From the IMG/VR virus record IMGVR_UViG_3300044627_003356: a stretch of DNA of 64,000 bases; one strand, written 5' to 3'. The translations under genes were made by a program, and so were the position numbers. This stretch comes from a virus. The notes beneath the pieces are model-generated. The model ran no database searches, was not told the origin of the DNA, and saw only the letters and a list, made by a program, of their open reading frames with translations. Shown piece by piece: positions 9,997-20,600 of this stretch (the stretch's first letter is position 1; every line of letters begins with the position of its first letter).

Positions 9997-10197
9997 TTAT
10001 GTAAATGTACCACCGTCAACCACATTTATGGTAACGTTGGCGATGTAATTTGGACCGCCTATTTCTACTATTTGACTATCTCTACTGCCAATAAACAACG
10101 TATTTGAAGCAAACGAATACGCTAACTCACCATCATCCAGTGTTGTTGGTCTAGTATTTGCATATGACCGAAGAATTTGTATGGTTGTATTGGCCAT
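9997..10197 (-). CDS. 66-aa fibre adaptor-like protein
   Basis: Paralog of the 7760..9958 N-terminus (GELAYSFASNTLFIG) ending VDGGTFT. Confidence 0.65.
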   Translation of the reverse strand: MANTTIQILRSYANTRPTTLDDGELAYSFASNTLFIGSRDSQIVEIGGPNYIANVTINVVDGGTFT

Positions 10198-10422
10198 TTA
10201 GAAAAATCCTGCGTCTAAGTCTGGGTTTAAATCTGCAACTGATTGTATTACAAAACTATTTGTATTTGCTTGATATACAATAACATCTCTATCTTGAGCC
10301 CCTGTCATTGATAAGTCCGTTGAATTTTTAATGGTTTTAACACCATAATTTAATTGACGAACTGTACCACCTTGTTGTTGATTAACTTGAACATTGACTG
10401 TTCCGATTACTTGTCCTGGCAT
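10198..10422 (-). CDS. small virion protein ending LDAGFF
   Basis: 74-aa ORF abutting neighbours. Confidence 0.55.
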   Translation of the reverse strand: MPGQVIGTVNVQVNQQQGGTVRQLNYGVKTIKNSTDLSMTGAQDRDVIVYQANTNSFVIQSVADLNPDLDAGFF

Positions 10423-10431
10423 GGCAGTTCC

Positions 10432-10773
10432 TTAAAACTTGGTGACTTGAGGAATAACATTCACGATTCCTTCTAATACTCTAGTCACGGTGTTTGCGGT
10501 GTCTTTAATTGCCACGTCATATACATAACGACCAGCTGCAATATTCGATGTCGTGTTTGCGTTTAATATTAAATTAATGTTACCATCTGTTGGTGTTGGT
10601 ATAATAACAATGAACTCTGCGGTTGTATTGGCAGAATAATACGATTTACGAATTTGACTTTTAGCGGTTGCACCAGTTAAATCAAAAGGAACGCCATCAA
10701 TATCATCTAATGTAATATTAGTGGTAAATGTGGTTCCTTGTTCTAAAAATAACTCTTGATATGCTGCAGCCAT
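10432..10773 (-). CDS. Ig-like/BppU-N-like virion structural protein
   Basis: LEQGTTF...DLTG.TA.SQIRK...GRYVYDV...RVLEG.V.V.P. Confidence 0.65.
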   Translation of the reverse strand: MAAAYQELFLEQGTTFTTNITLDDIDGVPFDLTGATAKSQIRKSYYSANTTAEFIVIIPTPTDGNINLILNANTTSNIAAGRYVYDVAIKDTANTVTRVLEGIVNVIPQVTKF

Positions 10774-10829
10774 CTTATATCCTGTATATAATATTTCTTA
10801 GGTATTTAGTCAATACCTATTTAATGCAA

Positions 10830-10884
10830 AAGTAAATTGACTTTTTGGACTTTTGAAACCAGTCAAAAAATTTTTAAGCCGGAA
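10830..10884 (-). other. repeated intergenic hairpin element, copy 1
   Basis: Shares AAGTAAATT..CTTTTT...TTGAAA...AAAAAATTTTT..GCCGGAA with 27646-27701. Confidence 0.6.
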
Positions 10885-10894
10885 CCACAGGAAA

Positions 10895-12703
10895 TCAATT
10901 TTTCTTAATTGAGTCAATCTCAGCTTTTAACTCTTTGATTGCTTCAATTAACAACGGAATCATTCTCTCATATCGAACAGTCATATACTGTGGGTCGATT
11001 GGTGCTGGTGCCACCACTTCAGGTAAAACAGCATTGACTTCTTGTGCAGAAACACCAACTTCACGAACAGGTTTATATCCTAATGCCTGTGCGGTTTCAT
11101 TGGCTTCATGGTAGAATCCGTTGAGTGACATAATTTTTTCTAAAGCATTCTGGATGTTACCTAATTTGGTTTTTAATCTATCATCCGAATAGTATGCGGT
11201 GATGTTATTGGTTGCACGAATCTCACCTGTTGTGCCAGAGGCCGCTGTACCTACACCAAACGAACCGAACTGGACAGAAGAACCCGTTGCGATATTTTGT
11301 GGTAAAGATAATGTTGGTGTCGTGGTACCTGATACAGTAATTTGACTCGCTGTGCCTGTAATCGAGGTAACTGGTGCAGTGCCAGAACTGAGAGCAGTTA
11401 CACGACCATAGGCATCAATTGTTAGTGAGGAATTGGTTGCTGATGTGGCACCAGGTCCTGCCGTGGTCAAATCAAGGACTGGTGTTAAACCACCAGTAGA
11501 TGTGATACGACCCGAGGTACCTGATACAGAACTAACACGGTTGTTGGCTGTATTGAAAGCACCGGCAGCCAGACCATTAGCACCGTTTGCCGTTGCATAA
11601 GCACCACCAGCAAACTGATTGACTTGTGTAATCGTGGTATTTTGATTACTGTTAATGGTCTCGATAGAATTCAGGCGTGTATTTTGAGTAGCATCAACAC
11701 CTTCAATGATAGACATTCTGGTGTTTTGTGCTAAGTCAACACCTTGAATAACACCAATTTGTGTATTTTGTGTTGAGTCTACACCTTGAATACCAGATAT
11801 TTGAGTATTCTGAGTGTTGTTAACATTCTGTAAATAATTAACAGCCAAAGATGTGGCCACGTTTGATGAACTTGCAAGATTTGTTGAGTCACTTAAATAT
11901 TCATCGGTTAATACACGATAAAATAAACCATTATCAACATCATTCATGTCAAAATATTTGTTGGTTTCATTCCAACGAATTACTGCATTAGCACCAGAAG
12001 TACCACGATTGACTGCAAAGGTGCTATTTAAACCAACAGAACTATTTGCATTAATAGTGAAACTATTGGTGTTATACACCGTTGTTCCTACAATAATAAA
12101 ATTACCACCAACAGCTAACTGACCACTAACCGTAGCATCATTTGAAATTAATAACGTTGAACCTGTAATCGTAGTGTTTGAAATCAAAGAATTGGTAATA
12201 ATTCTACCAACAATATTTGCTGCAGCTCCAGAAATTGCGCCATTGGATTGTAGTGTGTTTACAAAAGCATTACCCGAAGCATTAAGTGTTGTTGTTCTTA
12301 CGATATTATTTGCAGATATATCTCTAGCATAAACATTACCAGCAGCATTAAATGTGTTTGCTCTGATTAATGTGTTAGCTGTAATTTGATTTGTAACTAA
12401 GTCACCACGGATTAGTGCGTTATTGGCAACCTCTAGTCCATTACCGGTGCCATTAATAAACACATTTGACACAGCTGATACACTTCCGCCCACAGATAAT
12501 GTACCCGAAACAACACCAGAACCTAACAATGCTGCAGCCGTTACAGATAAACCTGTACCGGATCCATCTAAGAACAATGTACCAGAATCTTTAGTATAAT
12601 TGTTTGCAGCTAAATTGTTTAACTCAACCGCTTGACGGTTTTGTTGTGTGAGTAAATCACCAAATGTGTTGGTGAAACTAAGAATTGGTATTGTATTGGC
12701 CAT
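10895..12703 (-). CDS. tail fibre with C-terminal intramolecular chaperone (peptidase S74) domain
   Basis: YSDDRLK...ALEKI...GVSAQEV..VLPEVV...V.YERMIPLLIEAIKEL. Confidence 0.85.
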   Translation of the reverse strand: MANTIPILSFTNTFGDLLTQQNRQAVELNNLAANNYTKDSGTLFLDGSGTGLSVTAAALLGSGVVSGTLSVGGSVSAVSNVFINGTGNGLEVANNALIRGDLVTNQITANTLIRANTFNAAGNVYARDISANNIVRTTTLNASGNAFVNTLQSNGAISGAAANIVGRIITNSLISNTTITGSTLLISNDATVSGQLAVGGNFIIVGTTVYNTNSFTINANSSVGLNSTFAVNRGTSGANAVIRWNETNKYFDMNDVDNGLFYRVLTDEYLSDSTNLASSSNVATSLAVNYLQNVNNTQNTQISGIQGVDSTQNTQIGVIQGVDLAQNTRMSIIEGVDATQNTRLNSIETINSNQNTTITQVNQFAGGAYATANGANGLAAGAFNTANNRVSSVSGTSGRITSTGGLTPVLDLTTAGPGATSATNSSLTIDAYGRVTALSSGTAPVTSITGTASQITVSGTTTPTLSLPQNIATGSSVQFGSFGVGTAASGTTGEIRATNNITAYYSDDRLKTKLGNIQNALEKIMSLNGFYHEANETAQALGYKPVREVGVSAQEVNAVLPEVVAPAPIDPQYMTVRYERMIPLLIEAIKELKAEIDSIKKN

Positions 12704-12924
12704 TATTGATTTCCTGACAATTTAAGTAAAAGTTCTTTGATAATTTTAACATCGTCTTTTACTTCATTGATTTCATTTTTAATAGTATTTATTTCTTGTT
12801 TTTGACTGTTTAATAATTTAGACTTAAACTTATATTCTTCAAGACCAGAAATATCGGTATTAATAAGAGCCATTGTTTTTGTGTCCCTTACAAAAGTTGT
12901 GCCTTCTACTTTTACGATAGTCAT
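12703..12924 (-). CDS. small conserved T4-like protein
   Basis: KVEG...VRD..T.ALIN plus coiled coil; start/stop overlap with the next gene. Confidence 0.6.
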   Translation of the reverse strand: MTIVKVEGTTFVRDTKTMALINTDISGLEEYKFKSKLLNSQKQEINTIKNEINEVKDDVKIIKELLLKLSGNQ

Positions 12925-12925
12925 A

Positions 12926-15900
12926 TTATGTCAACGCCGATGGTAGAGCAATTGCACGAATGTCAGTTAAGAATGGTACAGCCGTTTTATCGGATGTTGC
13001 CAAGACAATCTTGATTGCAAATTGACTAAAGTTATTATATGTCTGGCCAGTTACATTACTGATATACTCTACATAGTTTTGTGCCACACTACCAGATCCT
13101 GGTGCAGCTACAAACTCATATGTACCATCTCTTGTCTGAGAATACAATGAATCGGTATTGTTAATCAATGTCATCAACTGCCATTTACCTGAATCAAATG
13201 TTTGTGTATCACTTCTTGACAGTATCTTATAGTAGACATAAATGTTTGTATTGACTGGTCGATAGGCGGTGAAGTATACACGCAAATCACCTGAATCAAA
13301 TCCTTGGTCTAGAATAACCTTCTTGGTAATGTATCGTGCAATTCCGTTACCACCTGAAGATGATGTTTCACCACCAACGGTGATTGTCGCACCAGTACCA
13401 GGTGACGAGTTGGCATCAGCAACAGTAATCGTAGGTGTCGTTGCATAACCAGAACCACCATTCGTGATATAGATGTTTCTAATTACGCCACCAACCACAT
13501 TGGCCGTGGCAGTTGCACCAGAACCAAATCCATTGGCAGAAGTAACAGTTACGGATGTCGTATTAACATTGTAACCAGAACCACCATTGGCAACTGTAAT
13601 TATACTGTTAGATAATTCTAGATTATTAATGTTCCAACCAATCGTATAGACACCCAATCCATCATCTGAAATTATAGGTGATACTGCATCATCAACAGTA
13701 GACATTACTGCATATAAAGAGAATGATGTATTGGAGTTGGCAACAAGAACCCGCTCACCAAGTCCATCATTCAAATAGATGTCATCATACATTGGTGTAC
13801 CAAATTTACCAGGATTAACTCCCTCTGTTGGTGCAGCCGTCTTGGTTGAGTTTAATGTTGCACCATACGAGTAACTAAGTGTGGTACTACCTGGTACAAA
13901 ATCAGATGTAGAAATATTAAATGCATCAACCACAACATTCGTATTGGCTGCTGATGAAATATTTGTATTGATTGTGTTTGGACTGAGGTAATATGAAATG
14001 TCTTGTTCAGTCAGTTTACGATATGGTAAACGATTTGGTACAACAAACTGTAATGTTGGTTGAGTACCGACTGAGAACACACAACGGTCAATCGTGAACA
14101 TCATAGATTCGTTTTGGTCAGCAGTCCATGTTTGTGAGTTCTGGGATACAAACAAAGAACCAACATAAGGTGCTGCATTAATCTTTGTGATTGTTGCAGG
14201 TGTTGAGTCAGTTGGTAGATTTTTAACAGAAGATGCTAATGCTGTATCTCCATTTTCTGCCGTGTAAATGGTGTATTCATTTGATGAAGGACATTTAACA
14301 ATCAATGAATATAGTTTGTTTGATTCCAAATATACAGGTGCTGGGAATTTAAACACAGTATATGTGGTAGGATCCAAATAATGTGGATTATTGGATATAT
14401 TAATATTCTCTGCTGTCAATGTCACCTGTGAATTATCTAGTGTTTCACCGTTTGGATAACCATTAAGTGTGCCCACGATAGACAAAGTTACTGGTGCATA
14501 CTGACTTGCTTTGGTTTTAAAGAATATTTTAACAGAGTCAACAAAACATCCATTTGGATAATTTTCTTTGTTGATAATAAATGTTTGTGCTACAGGATCC
14601 CATACAGTTGTATAGGTGTAAGAAGTTATGTTTGTTCTTTCACTTGTTTGTGTGAAAGTATTCTTAGCAGAATCAATTGACGAAGCATAGTTTACACCTT
14701 GTTTGGTCTGTTGTAGACCAGATGCATAGAATGTTGCCTCTGCAAATGTCTGAGCCGATTCAATGTTACCACCTACTGAATCATCAATTCTAAATGTTCT
14801 TTGACCTGTGTGAAATATACCACCAGGCACAGCGAAGATGCCAGAAATCATACCTGCTTCATTAGTTTTCATGGTGCCAATAGAATAGATATCACCATTT
14901 GCTGTAGTAATTGTTGAACTTAGTGTGGCCAACTTGGTTGTACCATTATATGCAGAGATGGATGCAGACTGCCCAATACCTGTGCCGTTAATGATATAAA
15001 CTGTATTACCAGTATAAAAATTATTGGTTAAAGAAGCAGTTGCACCTAGTGTAATTGAAGTTGTTGTATTGGCATTTACAATTTGGCCAGAATTATGTGT
15101 AAATGATAAAATTGTTCCACTTGCAGTCGTTGTTTGATACTGACCACCAGCATTAAACTGTGCATTTTGTATTGTTGCACCAGTGCCAAATGTTTGGCCA
15201 ACAATATCACCTACAACATACAAACGCCATTTTGTGGTGTCGTTTGGATAATGATAGTATGAAACAATCTTGGCAGCCGGTGTAAAATTACTACCAGCAA
15301 GATAACCAATAATGTCACCATCTTTAAATGATCCAGTAACATTAGTTAATTCTAATATGTTTGGTTTACGAATATATTTGTTAACAGAATCACCATCAAA
15401 ATAAGCATTAACATCGGTGTTAACAGTTAAACCATAAGTGTTAAAGAACAAAAACTGTGAACGAATATATGGTAGAATACTTACATCAGTAATGAATCCA
15501 GCAGTTTCAACATAACTTGAATTGAGTTTATCATAGTAACCTAAAACAGTTTGTTGTTGCTGTGTTGTATATGTGGTAACTTGATTGGTACGCCAGTTAC
15601 GACCAGCTGAAATTACATTGTCTGTTGATGTAGCAACAGTTGTTTTCCAATCACCCACTTGTAACACATTGACCTGGTCACTAGCACGATATACTTGTAA
15701 ATTTGGATCAACAATTAATAAATCAGGAGACCTTTCAGTATCAACCCAATTGTCCATTGGAGGACTTAATGTAACTGTACCAGAGTTTAAAGATACTGAA
15801 AATGGATTTAGATTAACCACACGAGAAGCAATTCGTTGTGTCACCACATTTGCTGTCGTGTATGGTAATGTAAAGAAGTTTGAACTAGAACTCTTAGAGA

Positions 15901-18900
15901 TATTATATCCAAGATTGTTTGCACTTGTAGAATCCAATTGACCCATGTTATAGACCAATGACAACGATTGTAATGGAAAGTTCTGAACATTCTGTGATGC
16001 AGTCATCTGATGAATTCTACGGTTTACTGTCACCAAATAATCAGTTGTTGCTGTATCAGAAGCTGCATAGCTTGAGAAATCATCAACTAGAATACCATTT
16101 TTAAAACGATTCAATCCATTACCATCAGGAATCTGTAATGACGATGCACCTTTTTCTAATAGATTAAGAGCTGTGTAGTATTCAATATTGTTTACTCGGC
16201 TCTCTAAGCCAGAAATGTCACGCATCAACCAACGTTTATGTTTAACTCGTTCAATGGATAAACTTGGTAATACACCCACTTCTTCACCAGGAATATATGC
16301 GGTGTATGGGTCATGATAAAGGTTTGCAATGACCAAAGAACCATCAGGTTCAATTGGTGAAATTGGATTTACTGAAGGTGTGCCTTGCACAATTTCAAAT
16401 GAACGGTCTTTACTTAATATCAATTTATCAAAACGGCCAAGATAGAAACCATAATCAGATTCATATTCAGTCAAGTCAACTGGAATATATGCGCCTGCGG
16501 CACCTGATCCAGAACTTGATGTGCGAATTGTAAATGAACTCTGAGCATTAATCAATGATGGTCTAAAGTCCAAAGAATCTCTTAACTGATAATAGTTACC
16601 ACTAGAAGCCATGTAAGATGGAATCTCAGCATAGTTCTCTGGCGAAGATGATACTGGTGACAAATAAGACATGACAGAATAATATCCGTCACCACCAGTT
16701 GTTGAATAGTAATCTAATATAACTAATAAATTACCATCAATTTGAGGTTGGCCTACACCCAACGTAATAGAAGCAAAATCATAATATGAATCTCGTTGAC
16801 CATTATCAAATGTGAATCGATTGGTTACATCATAGATTGGATTGGTCAACATGTCATCTGTTGCAGCGGTACCAGGAGCTTTTGTATCAATAATCTTAAC
16901 GATACGCTTGGCATCGGTGATATACAATTTCTGTGGTTGACCTGGTGCAACAACTCCAGCATTTAAAACATACACTTGTCCATTTGTTAAATCAACTTTA
17001 GTGTTTGTTAAAACGGTTGTGCCGGTGATATTCACACCTGTTGTATTACCTTCAACTAAATTTTTGGCTTTCAATACAAATGATGTATCGTTACCATTGC
17101 TGACAAAAGCCTTTGCAATGATGGTGGCAGTGAAAGCACCCAAGTCTGATGTTGGTGTGGTGAATGTAGCAGTACCACCTGAACCAGTAATAGAACAAGT
17201 TCTACTATTGATACCCCATGGTAATGTTTGACCAGCTATTAGACCACTTGATAATGGGTTCGTTACAATGATTTGAAAGTTTTGTGCAATGGCATCTTGT
17301 GATAAAGTTCCTGTGCCAAGAAAACGAATCGTTGCGGCTGGTGCAGAACCAAATGTTAATGCAGCCGTAATATTACCACCAGATACGGTGAAAGAAACAT
17401 TTCGGAACACCTGTGTGGTTGTATATGATGAATTGTTTGCATATGAAACAAATGGGTTACCGATTGTAAACAGTAATTCTGGTGCATTTGGATTTTGTAA
17501 TACAACATCACCCGTTGCAACATTGTTTACTTTGTTTGAATTATCAATTGTAGCATTGGCAGTTACAGTATAAGGTGCGCCTGCCGTAGATCCAATCATT
17601 GTTTCAAAGTCGGTAGTATCAAAACGAAGTGTGAATACCGAGTTGTTGGCCAATGTTGTGGTAAATGGTCGGTCAACATAGGCAACCTTAGCAGCTGCAT
17701 CATATGTTGTGATTGTTCTAAAATCACCAGCAGAAGTACCTGTATCAATACTGACTGTTACTCCAGTGTAAGCATTTGCCACATTTGAAAACTGATTGGT
17801 ACTAGGCAATCTTATGTAACTATTGTTTGCGTTGACTGGTGCAATTTGTGAAACGTTGGCTGATAGTGTTTGATTTTGAATATTGTAAACATAGGCTTTA
17901 TAAATGTAAGCTGCACCATTGGATGTATTTGATGTGCTAGAGTAAATTAGATTACGAATATAACCTGTTGCAGCCTTAGTAGAGTTGTAAGAATTTGCAT
18001 TGGTTAATACAATATTATCTTTACTTACAGTATGAAAATCAATTTGTGGTGAAGTTGTTACATCAAACACACCATTGGCAGAGTTGACAAAGAAGTAATT
18101 ACCATAATCTACAAATGCTGGATTGTTTGTAACTGTTGATTCTGTTCTTGCTCGGTCATTGGTTAAAACTACATCAGATGAATTTTCTAAACGATAACCA
18201 CGGACATAGGCAATACCTTTTGAAATACCCATGTCATATTTTGCTGAATTGATTGTGTTGGCTTTAGGTGTCAATGTATAATCATTAACAATAAAGTCAC
18301 CATTGGTGTCATTGGTACGTTTGGCAAAGTAATCATCAATCACCGAGTAAACGGTGCTGTCTACTTGTTTAACAATAGAGCCATCTACTAGACGAACCAG
18401 TTCAATAAAGTTGTCATCATCACCGAGACCAAGAGTTCGTGTTTGTAAGTCTAAAGAAATTTTATATCGGTCAGCACCTGGTGCCTGATAGTTTGTGGCA
18501 TTAAATGCTGGATCCAACAATGAAGAATCATCAACAGAATCTACAATCGTTTCAGATGCATTTAAACCTACACGCAATGATGGAACAGAACTATACTTAG
18601 AAAGAATAATAGTTTGTTCACTGGCAACTACAAAGTTACCATCAACATAAAAGATACCTTGAGAGATGGAGGCAACAGAAGAAAGTCCTGTGGCTGGATT
18701 ACCTGTTGAGGCAGTAATCAATGTACCAGTTAGATTTGAACCGTTTAGAAATACGGTGTCACCTGAAACAAATTTATTACCTGAAATATAACTTACAACG
18801 AGAGTGGGTGGATCACCTACACCACCTGCAGTTGTTGTTGTTGCTTCTACTGTTGCAACAACTTTAGCTACAATTGAACCATCAGCCGACCGAACAACAC

Positions 18901-19183
18901 CATTATCAAAGTTTTCAGCTGAAATGGTGGCACCAGAATTGTCAGTAGCATTTAATTTTAAATAATAAACATTTTGATTGACAGTAACTTTACCACCAGA
19001 GATAGGTGTGTTCTGTGCAAAGATTGCATCTGCAAAACTGGTAATTTGATTTTGAAGAATTGTTTGTGATTGTGTTAATTCACGAGCTTGAACTGCAAAT
19101 CCTGGTTTAAAAAGAATGCGGTGAAAATTCTTGTTAGGATCGAAATCATCAAAATAAGGATCTACGTTAAAATTAAGTGACAT
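12926..19183 (-). CDS. large virion/baseplate protein (DUF4815/VrlC-like)
   Basis: FNVDPYFDDFD..KNFHRILFKPG.AVQARELTQ.Q..LQNQ; APGADR; RFKNGILVDDF; DPVAQTF. Confidence 0.85.
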   Translation of the reverse strand: MSLNFNVDPYFDDFDPNKNFHRILFKPGFAVQARELTQSQTILQNQITSFADAIFAQNTPISGGKVTVNQNVYYLKLNATDNSGATISAENFDNGVVRSADGSIVAKVVATVEATTTTAGGVGDPPTLVVSYISGNKFVSGDTVFLNGSNLTGTLITASTGNPATGLSSVASISQGIFYVDGNFVVASEQTIILSKYSSVPSLRVGLNASETIVDSVDDSSLLDPAFNATNYQAPGADRYKISLDLQTRTLGLGDDDNFIELVRLVDGSIVKQVDSTVYSVIDDYFAKRTNDTNGDFIVNDYTLTPKANTINSAKYDMGISKGIAYVRGYRLENSSDVVLTNDRARTESTVTNNPAFVDYGNYFFVNSANGVFDVTTSPQIDFHTVSKDNIVLTNANSYNSTKAATGYIRNLIYSSTSNTSNGAAYIYKAYVYNIQNQTLSANVSQIAPVNANNSYIRLPSTNQFSNVANAYTGVTVSIDTGTSAGDFRTITTYDAAAKVAYVDRPFTTTLANNSVFTLRFDTTDFETMIGSTAGAPYTVTANATIDNSNKVNNVATGDVVLQNPNAPELLFTIGNPFVSYANNSSYTTTQVFRNVSFTVSGGNITAALTFGSAPAATIRFLGTGTLSQDAIAQNFQIIVTNPLSSGLIAGQTLPWGINSRTCSITGSGGTATFTTPTSDLGAFTATIIAKAFVSNGNDTSFVLKAKNLVEGNTTGVNITGTTVLTNTKVDLTNGQVYVLNAGVVAPGQPQKLYITDAKRIVKIIDTKAPGTAATDDMLTNPIYDVTNRFTFDNGQRDSYYDFASITLGVGQPQIDGNLLVILDYYSTTGGDGYYSVMSYLSPVSSSPENYAEIPSYMASSGNYYQLRDSLDFRPSLINAQSSFTIRTSSSGSGAAGAYIPVDLTEYESDYGFYLGRFDKLILSKDRSFEIVQGTPSVNPISPIEPDGSLVIANLYHDPYTAYIPGEEVGVLPSLSIERVKHKRWLMRDISGLESRVNNIEYYTALNLLEKGASSLQIPDGNGLNRFKNGILVDDFSSYAASDTATTDYLVTVNRRIHQMTASQNVQNFPLQSLSLVYNMGQLDSTSANNLGYNISKSSSSNFFTLPYTTANVVTQRIASRVVNLNPFSVSLNSGTVTLSPPMDNWVDTERSPDLLIVDPNLQVYRASDQVNVLQVGDWKTTVATSTDNVISAGRNWRTNQVTTYTTQQQQTVLGYYDKLNSSYVETAGFITDVSILPYIRSQFLFFNTYGLTVNTDVNAYFDGDSVNKYIRKPNILELTNVTGSFKDGDIIGYLAGSNFTPAAKIVSYYHYPNDTTKWRLYVVGDIVGQTFGTGATIQNAQFNAGGQYQTTTASGTILSFTHNSGQIVNANTTTSITLGATASLTNNFYTGNTVYIINGTGIGQSASISAYNGTTKLATLSSTITTANGDIYSIGTMKTNEAGMISGIFAVPGGIFHTGQRTFRIDDSVGGNIESAQTFAEATFYASGLQQTKQGVNYASSIDSAKNTFTQTSERTNITSYTYTTVWDPVAQTFIINKENYPNGCFVDSVKIFFKTKASQYAPVTLSIVGTLNGYPNGETLDNSQVTLTAENINISNNPHYLDPTTYTVFKFPAPVYLESNKLYSLIVKCPSSNEYTIYTAENGDTALASSVKNLPTDSTPATITKINAAPYVGSLFVSQNSQTWTADQNESMMFTIDRCVFSVGTQPTLQFVVPNRLPYRKLTEQDISYYLSPNTINTNISSAANTNVVVDAFNISTSDFVPGSTTLSYSYGATLNSTKTAAPTEGVNPGKFGTPMYDDIYLNDGLGERVLVANSNTSFSLYAVMSTVDDAVSPIISDDGLGVYTIGWNINNLELSNSIITVANGGSGYNVNTTSVTVTSANGFGSGATATANVVGGVIRNIYITNGGSGYATTPTITVADANSSPGTGATITVGGETSSSGGNGIARYITKKVILDQGFDSGDLRVYFTAYRPVNTNIYVYYKILSRSDTQTFDSGKWQLMTLINNTDSLYSQTRDGTYEFVAAPGSGSVAQNYVEYISNVTGQTYNNFSQFAIKIVLATSDKTAVPFLTDIRAIALPSALT

Positions 19184-19195
19184 TTTTTCTTTCCA

Positions 19196-20587
19196 TTAAA
19201 AGCTTAACACAATACGAAATTGTTCTGTTCCATCAGGACTTCTTGCAATACCTTCTCTATTCTCTATGTAGGCCATGTATCCAGAGTATATAATAAAGTT
19301 TGGATTTTCTGTTGTTAGGAGGGTTCGCACTGCAGTACCAACTACACCACTAGCGTCCTGAATTACCGCTTGATTGTTTACTGGTGTTCCAGTTATATTT
19401 ATGACTTTTACTATATTATTTAATGAATCAAAGCTAACAACTTTGGCAGAAAAAGTTGCAGTGGCTAGACTAGAACCTTGATAGATTGTTTGTCCTGTAT
19501 TGTAATTTCCTGTACCAGGAGAAACAAAGAGTTTGGTGGTTACATCATAGATTGCACCATTTGCAATCATCATAGGTTCTTCAGCCACAGACTCTTGGGA
19601 AACAGGATCAACCAATAGACCAATTTGCCGGTAGGCCATATCTGTAGGTATCAATCCACCTTCACTCTCAATAAACTCTGGTGCCACCATTATATGGTTA
19701 CATCCTAGTTCAGAAATAGGATCAAAACCATGTCCACCAACAGGAGAGGCTGGTGCTTCAGCAATTGCCACCACATTCGGTGTTGAAAAACCAGGTAAAA
19801 CATTAATCACGGCTTCTGCATAGGTATAACCTGTACCTGTATTGGCCATTGTAACATCATACAAGTAACCAGCAGCATTGATAACTGGTGTGCCGTTTGC
19901 AAACTGGCCGTCACCACTAATTGTAATCGTTGCACCACCAGGAGTATAACCTCGACCAACAGTTGTAATATTAACCACATCAATTGAACCTTCGGCCGCA
20001 AAAGTTGATACAGGATTTGGTGCCATTCCAATTGGCACAGGCATCCAGTTAGCATCAAAGAATTTTTGTTTCAGACCAGCGTCTAACGAATACATAAACT
20101 TCCATTTATATCCGTCAGCTGTCTTAACTAAAAATGAACTATCGAAAGTACCTGGTAAAAACTGTGGTTCTACTGTAGATTGACTGCCATTGTTATTCCA
20201 TAAACATTTAAATACTTGGTCAAATCGATTACGAACATAGAATTGGCTAATAATTATATTATCCGAATCTACAGCCAACATATTCTCGGTGTCTTGATAA
20301 TAATCATAAACTAAACCTGAATCCCAATCAATACGAGGAATCACAGGAGAAATATCAGATGATGTAATTAATTTGGTTGCAATAATATCTTTAAAAATAT
20401 CTTTGATTGACCTTTGGTCTTGTGTTGGAATAGGAGGGTTACTCTCATCAGGCCAAGGAGTTACACGACCAATAAAAGCATATAATGTAGTTTCATGTAC
20501 CTGTGATGGAGAATAATAGTATTGTAATACTTCATATACCTTGCTATTAGGTAATAATTGTGCTGATGTATTTGCTATTGTTGCCAT
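19196..20587 (-). CDS. gp8: baseplate wedge subunit gp8
   Basis: YAFIGR..PW; VIPRIDW; VFKCLWN; DGYKWKFMY; GGHGFDP..ELG; Y.ENR..I.R..D..E. Confidence 0.85.
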   Translation of the reverse strand: MATIANTSAQLLPNSKVYEVLQYYYSPSQVHETTLYAFIGRVTPWPDESNPPIPTQDQRSIKDIFKDIIATKLITSSDISPVIPRIDWDSGLVYDYYQDTENMLAVDSDNIIISQFYVRNRFDQVFKCLWNNNGSQSTVEPQFLPGTFDSSFLVKTADGYKWKFMYSLDAGLKQKFFDANWMPVPIGMAPNPVSTFAAEGSIDVVNITTVGRGYTPGGATITISGDGQFANGTPVINAAGYLYDVTMANTGTGYTYAEAVINVLPGFSTPNVVAIAEAPASPVGGHGFDPISELGCNHIMVAPEFIESEGGLIPTDMAYRQIGLLVDPVSQESVAEEPMMIANGAIYDVTTKLFVSPGTGNYNTGQTIYQGSSLATATFSAKVVSFDSLNNIVKVINITGTPVNNQAVIQDASGVVGTAVRTLLTTENPNFIIYSGYMAYIENREGIARSPDGTEQFRIVLSF

Positions 20588-20600
20588 ATTATATTCTCTA

